Assembly: GCA_934122275.1 (NCBI GenBank)
Contig: CAKOWI010000001.1
Coordinates: 64,726-128,725, forward strand
Reading direction: 5' to 3'
Source of the DNA: an uncultured Bacilli bacterium
Lineage (GTDB): Bacteria; Bacillota_I; Bacilli_A; RF39; UBA660
DNA length: 64,000 bases
In this document: positions 18,178 to 25,704 of the stretch, in pieces
How positions within the stretch are numbered: position 1 is the stretch's first letter
Layout: every line of letters starts with the position of its first letter
Notes under the pieces: generated by a model
What the model saw: only the letters and a program-made list of their open reading frames with translations
Told to the model about the DNA's origin: nothing
The model's database searches: none
Position numbers and translations under genes: made by a program

Positions 18178-19599
18178 ATGAAGATAGGAATAGATATAGA
18201 TAATGTTCTATCTAATTTTAATGATGTATTATTAAACGAATATAAGAAACATGATAATGCAATAAATGGCAAAGGTATAGTTCATCAAGATTTATATATT
18301 AGAGATATGTTTAATTGGGATAAAGAATATGAAAAAAATTTTTATAAAGAAAATATTGAGTATTTTGCAAGCCTATTTGAACCGATTGAAGAATGTTCTA
18401 AATATGTAAAATTATTAAAAGAAGAAGGAAATACAATTTATATCATTAGTGGTCGAGATAATGGTGAATATTCTAACCCATATAAAATGACCATTGATTG
18501 GTTAAAAAAATATGATATTGTTTATGATAAATTATTTTTAGTAGATGCTTATAATAGTCATTCAAAAACAGAAATATGTATAGAATACAATATTGATGTA
18601 ATGATAGATGATTCTAAAAGAATGTGTAAGGACATAAAGGATAATGGTATTAGAGCATTACTTATGGATACACCATATAATAGAGATACAAATGAATTTG
18701 AAAGAGTTAATTCATGGAAAGAAATTTATAACAAATTATCTAACAAAAAAATTAATGTGATACTTGATACAGATACTTATAATGAATGTGATGACCAATT
18801 TGCATTAGCCTATTTAATTAAGTCACAAGATATGTTTAATATTGAGGCAATTACAGTAGCACCATATTCTCATACAAAAAGAGATGTAAAAGTAAAAGAT
18901 GGACAAGAATTAAGTTATAATGAAATTTTAAAGATATGTAATTGGTTAAACTTTGATACAAATAATAAGGTGTTTAAAGGTTCAATGGATTACATTCAAA
19001 ACGGTTATGATGAGAAAAATGATGCTGTAAATAAAATTATAGAAATTGCTTTAAAAAATAATAAAACTTATATATTAGGGATTGGTGCTATTACTAATAT
19101 TGCTTTAGCAATAAAAAAAGAACCAAAAATAGTAAACAAAATAGAAATTATTTGGTTAGGTGGCAATGAACTTGGCTACAAAGATAACCTTGAATACAAT
19201 TTTAGACAAGATGTTGAAGCAGTAAAAATAGTATTTGAGTCAAAAGCGAAGTTAATTATACTTCCTTGTAAAAATATTGTTTCAGAATTAAGAATTGATA
19301 TTAATACTTTAAAAAAATATTTAGAAAACAAATCAGAATTGTGTAAGTATTTAATTGAAAGATTTTATAATGATGGATATCATGGAATACAAGAATCAAG
19401 AGTAATATGGGACATAGCTGTTATAGCCTACATGATAAATAAAAATTGGTTTGAAACGAAACAAATAAGTTGTCCAAATATAAGAAAGGATACTTCTTAT
19501 GAAGTGACGGACAATAGACATAGTATTACTTTTGTTACTAAATTGGATAGAGACAAAATATACAAAGATTTATTTGAGAAACTAGGTGAATTGCAATGA
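18178..19599 (+). CDS. fusion protein: HAD/NT5C-type 5'(3')-deoxyribonucleotidase + IUNH-type nucleoside hydrolase
   Basis: 473 aa. N-terminus MKIGIDIDNVLSNF (HAD motif I DxDxV as in NT5C-family deoxyribonucleotidases) with DD later (VMIDDS). The C-terminal half starts VILDTDTYNECDDQFALAYL, which is the nucleoside hydrolase aspartate cluster DxDxxxDD. Confidence 0.75.
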   Translation: MKIGIDIDNVLSNFNDVLLNEYKKHDNAINGKGIVHQDLYIRDMFNWDKEYEKNFYKENIEYFASLFEPIEECSKYVKLLKEEGNTIYIISGRDNGEYSNPYKMTIDWLKKYDIVYDKLFLVDAYNSHSKTEICIEYNIDVMIDDSKRMCKDIKDNGIRALLMDTPYNRDTNEFERVNSWKEIYNKLSNKKINVILDTDTYNECDDQFALAYLIKSQDMFNIEAITVAPYSHTKRDVKVKDGQELSYNEILKICNWLNFDTNNKVFKGSMDYIQNGYDEKNDAVNKIIEIALKNNKTYILGIGAITNIALAIKKEPKIVNKIEIIWLGGNELGYKDNLEYNFRQDVEAVKIVFESKAKLIILPCKNIVSELRIDINTLKKYLENKSELCKYLIERFYNDGYHGIQESRVIWDIAVIAYMINKNWFETKQISCPNIRKDTSYEVTDNRHSITFVTKLDRDKIYKDLFEKLGELQ

Positions 19600-20129
19600 G
19601 CAGAATAACTTTAATAACATATTTTGATGAAAAGCAATTAGATATAATTAGTAAATTTTTAGAAAACATCAATTTGAAAATGTGTAAAGTTCCTTATGGT
19701 ATAAATGATAATAAAAGGTATGAAATTGATAATCTACCATATCATTTTACAATATTTGCAACAGATAAAATAAATCAAAATAAGTTATTAGAAATTGCAA
19801 AAAACACAAAAATGAAAAAAATAAAATTAAAAATTAATAAAGTAAAAATCGAAAATATTAAAAATGGTAGTTTTATTCTATATTTTGGAATTGAAGATAA
19901 TTGTTTTATGAAAAATCTGCAAAGGAATTTTTATGAAGTAATACCAGAAGAAAAATATAATCCTGACAATTTTAATTTTCATATGACTTTACATATAGAT
20001 AAAAGTTTTAATATAGTAAATAATCTAATTGAAATGATACAATTAAAATTTAAACCATTTTCTATTGAATTTAATAAACTAACATTATATGATTACCCTG
20101 GTGAAATAATTGAAACTATTGAATTTTAA
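19596..20129 (+). CDS. 2H phosphoesterase superfamily protein (LigT/CPDase-like)
   Basis: 177 aa with two HxT/S motifs at the expected spacing (LPYHFTIF and FNFHMTLH). Its start overlaps the upstream stop (ATGA), implying translational coupling. Confidence 0.65.
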   Translation: MSRITLITYFDEKQLDIISKFLENINLKMCKVPYGINDNKRYEIDNLPYHFTIFATDKINQNKLLEIAKNTKMKKIKLKINKVKIENIKNGSFILYFGIEDNCFMKNLQRNFYEVIPEEKYNPDNFNFHMTLHIDKSFNIVNNLIEMIQLKFKPFSIEFNKLTLYDYPGEIIETIEF

Positions 20130-20157
20130 AAAAATATTAGTAAATAAGGTGGTATAA

Positions 20158-20766
20158 ATGAAACTAAATAGTAAAGAAGCAAGAAAGCTTTTAGAAAAAG
20201 AAAGAGTTAATCAAAAAGATGATAGATGGATAGAACACTGTATATCTGTAGGTGATAGTGCTGGAAGAATTGCTAAAGCATTAAGTGAAAATAAAATTAA
20301 TGTGGACATAGATAAAGCAATTACTCTAGGGTATTTACATGATATTGGCAAGTATAATGGAGAGTCACAGGGACATGTTATGAGAGGATATGAATACTTA
20401 AAAAATAAAGGTTATGATGATGAATATGCTAACATCTGTTTGACTCATTCATATTTAAATAATGATGTAGTGTGTACAGCTGGAGGAGTTCCAAATCCAA
20501 ATGATAATACATTTTTAACAAACTTTATAAAAAATCATGAATATACTATAGAAGAAAAAATAATAAATTTATGTGATTTGATGTGTCCACAAGGAAATAA
20601 AGTATTTACAATTGATAAAAGGTTGGTTGATATAATGATTAGAAGAGGCACATATTCTAATACTCAATATCATATTAAAGAAACATATAAATTAAAAGAA
20701 TATTTTGATAATCTGTTAGGATATAATCTGTATGACTTGTTTCCGAAAATAAAAGAAAATTTATAA
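20158..20766 (+). CDS. HD-domain metal-dependent phosphohydrolase
   Basis: 202 aa with H...HD signature residues (IEHCISV ... LGYLHDIGKY ... H..LTHSY). Confidence 0.75.
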   Translation: MKLNSKEARKLLEKERVNQKDDRWIEHCISVGDSAGRIAKALSENKINVDIDKAITLGYLHDIGKYNGESQGHVMRGYEYLKNKGYDDEYANICLTHSYLNNDVVCTAGGVPNPNDNTFLTNFIKNHEYTIEEKIINLCDLMCPQGNKVFTIDKRLVDIMIRRGTYSNTQYHIKETYKLKEYFDNLLGYNLYDLFPKIKENL

Positions 20767-20966
20767 AAGGAATTGGGAACTTCCTATAATAGAATTTGTT
20801 TGTGAGTACGAATTCATTGCTGTCTAGACATAGATTTTATTCCCATATTTTCTAAAAAATCAAAAAGAGGATTAAATTATTTTCGTAATTTTTTCCTCTT
20901 TTTGATATTATTTATTATAAAATAACTCACGAACTTTTAAGCCCGTAAGTTGATTTCAAATGGAGC
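20767..20966 (+). repeat. cassette right-end module R1 (terminator module ending in the TGGAGC core)
   Basis: About 200 bp, collinear with 24127-24332 at roughly 75-80 percent identity by eye (GGGAA.T..CC.ATAAT.GAATTTGT...GAGTAC.GATTCA.TGCTG.CTAGACATAGATTTTA ... ACGAAC..TTAAG.CCGTAAGTTGATTTCAAATGGAGC). It contains the hairpin AAAGAGGA/TCCTCTTT plus a T-run. Confidence 0.8.
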
Positions 20967-21108
20967 GATTGTCGTAGTTATCTACAACTCTTTTTCAATA
21001 ACGAAAGAATACATATAATCTTCCGTTGCTAGATATAATATACCATGTTTTAAGTATTTATGTAATAATTTTTTGTTCATTTTACAATCTTTCGCACAAA
21101 TTTTAATT

Positions 21109-21843
21109 TTATTTATTAGCTATATCTATTAAATTTTCAAAATATCTAACCCTATTATCTAATGTAATTTTTATTTTATTACTATTTATCAATCTGTTTA
21201 TTAAATAAACATACAGTATATCATGTAGATATATGTTTTGTATTAATCTTCCCACTAGTTCGCATATCTTAACTTTACCCATTGATTTTAAAGTGTCTAT
21301 AATATAATCATCATAAAAATCTATTGAAACTGATTTAACATTTCCAGAATCAATCACTCTTAAGTCAGAATTTTCATCAATTAATTTGTTCCAAATATTT
21401 ACATTGTTATTTATTTCTTCATTTGTTAATTTATGCTCTAATTCAGATAAATTTTTTAGTTCTTCTTCTCTCATTACGCTAGGAGATGGATAATCATTAT
21501 TATAATCATCACAATATAGAACATATAATTCATAGTTATAATCTTTTATAATACTGCAAACATATAACATAATTAAATATGAATAAATGTCTTTTCTACC
21601 AGTCCATACTCTTATTTTATTTTTTTGTTTTATGTTATCAATAATAACATTATATTCTTGTTCAAAATTGATACTTTTGTCTTCTAAGCATAATTCTTTT
21701 GGTATACTAATTTTATGATTTCTACAATTAGATAAATCCCCTACATTAAATAAGACATTTAGCATTAGCATATTATCATTAAGTTTACTGTTTTTCATAG
21801 TATAGTAACAAGAATTTCCAAATATTATTTCCAAAGTATTCAT
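21109..21843 (-). CDS. DUF1835-like protein, unknown function
   Basis: 244 aa. The N-terminus LEIIFGNSCYYTMKNS resembles the DUF1835 start (hIvFG.SaaGsLK). This is a weak call from memory of the family. Confidence 0.4.
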   Translation of the reverse strand: MNTLEIIFGNSCYYTMKNSKLNDNMLMLNVLFNVGDLSNCRNHKISIPKELCLEDKSINFEQEYNVIIDNIKQKNKIRVWTGRKDIYSYLIMLYVCSIIKDYNYELYVLYCDDYNNDYPSPSVMREEELKNLSELEHKLTNEEINNNVNIWNKLIDENSDLRVIDSGNVKSVSIDFYDDYIIDTLKSMGKVKICELVGRLIQNIYLHDILYVYLINRLINSNKIKITLDNRVRYFENLIDIANK

Positions 21844-22322
21844 CTTTTAACAACTCCAATCATTCTCATAAATTACTATTTGTGCATCACTTTTATAATC
21901 TAATTATACTACTTTTTGATGTGTTTTAATAGTATCATTAACATATGTAATCTTCTAGTTCTACTAATTTAATTTTTTTACTTAAATTACCTATGTAAAT
22001 ATCAGTAGAGTAATTAAATGCTAGAAAAGTAGTATCATTTATAATGATTTTATGCGATTCTAGGTAGTTCAAATTAGTGTTGTTAATACGTTTGATACTA
22101 CATACTACCATTGATAATCTTTGATGTAGTGTGGCAAAACTCACAAATAAACTCTATACGTTGTTTTAAACTACTTTCCATTTCTAACTTTTGTGTAGTA
22201 AACTTTATCATAAAATGCACCATCCTTTCTTGGTTAATTCTTCTGTAAACACAAAAAATCAACCTGAACGGATTGATATATATGTTAAGTTTAAACTCTA
22301 AAAGTTCGAACAGATTCCTCAA

Positions 22323-22438
22323 TGGAGCATTTAAGCTACAGCTTACGAACCACAATGCTCTCTTTCCAAATTTATTATATAGTAATCCCCATATTTTTTC
22401 AAGGAAGTATGGGAATTTTTTGTATTTTATTGTATAAT
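22323..22438 (+). repeat. cassette left-end module L3 (TGGAGC core + conserved promoter region)
   Basis: TGGAGC-N14-TTACGAAC-N7-CTCTTTC-N6-TATTATATA...TTCAA...TATGG...TGTATAAT, homologous to 18025-18138. Confidence 0.75.
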
Positions 22439-22468
22439 AATTTCAAGAAATATCTTGGAGGTAAAAAC

Positions 22469-23272
22469 ATGACTGATGAAGCATTAGAAATCACAAAAGA
22501 AGTAGCAAAAGTTGTTGCAAAAGATTTATATAATGATGGATTAAAAGGAACTGTAACTCAAACAGGAGCAATAGTAGAATCTATTGTTGGATTATTCAAT
22601 AATGTAGTTTTTTATCCAGTAAAAAAAGCAAATGCATTATTTAAATATAAACTAGAAGATTTCAAAAATGATTTAGAAACTAGACTGAATTCTCTTCCTG
22701 ACGATAAGATAGTAGAACCCGATTTAATGGTAGCAGGTCCTGCATTAGAATCATTAAAATATACATATGATAAAGAAGAACTTAGGAATATGTATTTAAA
22801 TTTACTAGTATCTTCTATGAACAAAGATACTAAGGATAAAGCACATCCTAGTTATGTAGAAATAATTAAGCAATTAACGCCACTAGATGCTAAAGTTTTT
22901 AAAAGATTAAATGATGTCGGACAGGTTGCTTGTGCACATCCAGTTTTAAAACTTGATAATACAAATAAAGTTTACGTTTCTGCATATCCTAATTATATAG
23001 TAGAAGAATTACTTGATTTAGGTGATGAATTTGATATATCAGCATCTGTTTCTAATTTAATAAGACTAGGTTTAATTCATCATGAAGATAACAGTATAAA
23101 TGGTTATAATTATGAAAAATTTAAAAGTTTCGATATTATTATTAGAAATAAGCAAAAGCTAGATAACCTGAATAATTCTGAAGGAAATGGAATAACTACC
23201 AGTGTAGAAATTCAAAAGCAAGTTATTATGAAAAATAATTTTGGTGAACGCTTTGCTGATACTTGCTTATAA
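22469..23272 (+). CDS. Abi-alpha (DUF4393)-like abortive-infection family protein
   Basis: 267 aa from the ATG preceded by GGAGG. The pattern AKDLYNDGLKG..., PALESLKYTYDKEELRNMYLNLLVSSMN...AHPSYVEIIKQLTPLDAKVFKRL matches my recollection of the Abi_alpha consensus (..eelr..fanLLa......hPsf.eil.qLsp.eA..L). The track ORF start at 22322 lies in the repeat module and is rejected. Confidence 0.55.
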   Translation: MTDEALEITKEVAKVVAKDLYNDGLKGTVTQTGAIVESIVGLFNNVVFYPVKKANALFKYKLEDFKNDLETRLNSLPDDKIVEPDLMVAGPALESLKYTYDKEELRNMYLNLLVSSMNKDTKDKAHPSYVEIIKQLTPLDAKVFKRLNDVGQVACAHPVLKLDNTNKVYVSAYPNYIVEELLDLGDEFDISASVSNLIRLGLIHHEDNSINGYNYEKFKSFDIIIRNKQKLDNLNNSEGNGITTSVEIQKQVIMKNNFGERFADTCL

Positions 23273-23289
23273 AAAAGGGAGGCTGAATA

Positions 23290-24126
23290 ATGGACAAAAT
23301 AGCAATAATATCAGACATACATGGTAATTTAGAAGCATTAAAATCAGTATTAGATGACGTTAAAGAAAGAAATATAAATAGAATATTTTGTCTTGGGGAT
23401 ATAATTGCAAAAGGAACTCATCAACAAGAGTGTGTTGATTTAGTTAAAGAAAATTGTGATGTTATGCTTAGAGGTAATTGTGATGAATATTTTACTAGTG
23501 ATATTGATTTATTAACTAAAACACAATCAGAAGTAGATAGAATATTTTGGAACAAAAATAAATTAAATGAAGAAACTAGAAAATATTTAAGTAATTTACC
23601 TTATTGTTATGAATTTTATTTGAGTGGTAGACTTGTAAGATTAGTTCATGCACATCCTGAAAAAATAGATAAATTTGTAGGAAATATAGATAAAATTGAT
23701 AGATTGTATGAATTGTTTTTGACAAGTTCTAATACGATTTCTGATAAGAAAGCTGATGTTTTAATATATGGTCATATACATACTCCATATATTCAAAAAA
23801 TATATAATAGAACGATTATAAATACAGGCTCTGTTGGTAATGCTATTGATGTCTTTAGAAATGATGAAAAAGATGGAGATGTTAAAAATACAACTGTAGC
23901 TAATTATTTAATTTTATCTGGTAACTTTAATTCTAAAAATATTGATGAAAAAATTTCGTATGAACTAGTATGTGTACCTTATGATATAGATATGGAATTA
24001 AATGATAATGATGACAATATTGAATTTGAATCATATGAAGAAGAAATTAGAAAAGGCAAATACAGGGATATGGCGAAGATTTATAAAAGTTTTGAATTAA
24101 GAGGTATAGACAAGGATAAAATATAG
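23290..24126 (+). CDS. calcineurin-like metallophosphoesterase
   Basis: 278 aa with motifs ISDIHGN, LGDIIAKG, RGNCD and YGHIHTP. RBS GGGAGG. Confidence 0.8.
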   Translation: MDKIAIISDIHGNLEALKSVLDDVKERNINRIFCLGDIIAKGTHQQECVDLVKENCDVMLRGNCDEYFTSDIDLLTKTQSEVDRIFWNKNKLNEETRKYLSNLPYCYEFYLSGRLVRLVHAHPEKIDKFVGNIDKIDRLYELFLTSSNTISDKKADVLIYGHIHTPYIQKIYNRTIINTGSVGNAIDVFRNDEKDGDVKNTTVANYLILSGNFNSKNIDEKISYELVCVPYDIDMELNDNDDNIEFESYEEEIRKGKYRDMAKIYKSFELRGIDKDKI

Positions 24127-24332
24127 AAAATAAGGGTATGGGAATTGCCATAATGGAATTTGTACGGGAGTACAGATTCAGTGCTGGCTAGACATAGATT
24201 TTACTTTCAAATTTAAAAATATAAAAAAAGAAGATTAAATTATTTTGATAATTTTTCCCTCTTTTTTTATAGTATTTATATAAAATAAAAACTTACGAAC
24301 AATTAAGTCCGTAAGTTGATTTCAAATGGAGC
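24127..24332 (+). repeat. cassette right-end module R3, abutting and including the tRNA-Gly 3' end
   Basis: Homologous to 20767-20966. It ends in TGGAGC, which here is the genuine 3' end (GCTCCA) of tRNA-Gly. Confidence 0.8.
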
Positions 24333-24400
24333 AGGTGAGGAGAATCGAACTCCCGTATCAAGCTTGGAAGGCTTGGGTTCTACCATTAAACTACACCTGC
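24327..24400 (-). tRNA. tRNA-Gly (anticodon TCC), CCA encoded
   Basis: Reverse complement: GCAGGTG acceptor, anticodon arm CAAGC-CTTCCAA-GCTTG, T-arm GGGAG-TTCGATT-CTCCT, then CACCTGC-T-CCA. Confidence 0.9.
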
Positions 24401-24546
24401 ATCAAGTAGGCATTATTAATTATACCTATTTTTGATTTAAAGTCAATACTTTTCGAATTATTTCAAATATTTTTTGAACATAAATCCTATCTTCGTCATT
24501 GTCCCCCAGCATTAATATATTTTTAATATTAACATATATACACAAT

Positions 24547-25635
24547 TTATTCTTGATATCTAGATATATTTAAAATTATTCCCATACTAATTAATGTAAT
24601 TATTAAACTAGAGCCACCATAAGAGAAAAATGGAAGTGTAACACCAGTTACTGGAACTAAACCTACTACTACAGATAAGTTAAGTAATGTTTGAAAAGAT
24701 AACTGAAATATAATACCAAACACTAAGAATTTAGCAAATATATCTGGTGCTTTAATCGAAATTTTAATACTTCTTAAAATTATTATTAAAAATAATATTG
24801 CAACTGTTATTATTCCTAAAATTCCTAACTCTTCAGATATAATTGAAAATATAAAGTCAGTTTGAGGTTCAGGTAAATAGAAATGTTTTTGAATGGATTT
24901 ACCAAAACCAAGACCAAATAATCCACCAGGACCTATAGCATATAGAGATTGTATAGCTTGAAATCCAGTTCCTAAAGGATCACTCCACGGGTTTAAAAAA
25001 GAAACTATTCTCTCCATTCTATATGGTGCCATTATTATAAGAATAACTGCCCCTACTATACCTATCATTCCAAGCTTAATAAAGAAAGAAAAATTAACGC
25101 CAGATATAAAAAGCATAGCTACTATTGTTAATACTAAAATTGTTCCAGTTCCAAAATCTGGTTGTAACATAATAAGTCCAAAAGTAAACATAGTTACAAG
25201 TAAAATTGGAAAAGCTCCCTTTGTTACCGTTTTCATTTGTTTTGGATTATTATATATATATTTACTAGTAAATATTATTAGTGCAAGTTTCATAAACTCA
25301 CTAGGTTGAACACCAAGTCCACCTATTCCAAACCAGCTTCTAGAACCGTTTCTTACTGTACCTATTCCCGGTATTAAAACTAAAACCAATAAAATTAAGC
25401 AAATAAATAGTATAGTATTTGATTTTTTTAGATAATAAGTATATGGTATCTTACTTACAATTATCATTAATACAATACCCATTAAAAAAAAGGCACTTTG
25501 CATTATAACGTAATGCAGTTTATCATTAAACTTATACTCTGCCCACACACTAGATGCAGAATAAATCATTATTATTCCATATACACAAATTAAAAATACG
25601 GTTATTATTAATTTTATATCCAGTTTATTTTTCAA
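24547..25635 (-). CDS. FtsW/RodA/SpoVE-family peptidoglycan glycosyltransferase
   Basis: 362 aa, about 10 TM segments. Motifs QPSEFMKL, PDFGT and LPVTGVTLPFFSYGGSS. Confidence 0.85.
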   Translation of the reverse strand: MKNKLDIKLIITVFLICVYGIIMIYSASSVWAEYKFNDKLHYVIMQSAFFLMGIVLMIIVSKIPYTYYLKKSNTILFICLILLVLVLIPGIGTVRNGSRSWFGIGGLGVQPSEFMKLALIIFTSKYIYNNPKQMKTVTKGAFPILLVTMFTFGLIMLQPDFGTGTILVLTIVAMLFISGVNFSFFIKLGMIGIVGAVILIIMAPYRMERIVSFLNPWSDPLGTGFQAIQSLYAIGPGGLFGLGFGKSIQKHFYLPEPQTDFIFSIISEELGILGIITVAILFLIIILRSIKISIKAPDIFAKFLVFGIIFQLSFQTLLNLSVVVGLVPVTGVTLPFFSYGGSSLIITLISMGIILNISRYQE

Positions 25636-25704
25636 CTATTTCATCTCCTATTACTAATTAAAAATATTCTAAATAAGCAAAAAAAAGAACGCATTAAACG
25701 TCTT

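Larger units (their letters stand above)
18025..24332. mobile_element. tandem array of three integrase-less cassettes accreted at the tRNA-Gly 3' end
   Basis: There are four direct copies of the core TGGAGC (18025, 20961, 22323, 24327). Each has conserved flanking modules, and TTACGAAC-type repeats lie on both sides of the cores. No recombinase gene lies inside the array. Confidence 0.6.

Noticed and set aside
22322-22468. N-terminal 49-codon extension of the Abi-alpha-like ORF
   Set aside because: The extension runs through the conserved cassette left-end and promoter module that is also present upstream of the unrelated gene at 18178. A GGAGG RBS precedes the internal ATG at 22469.
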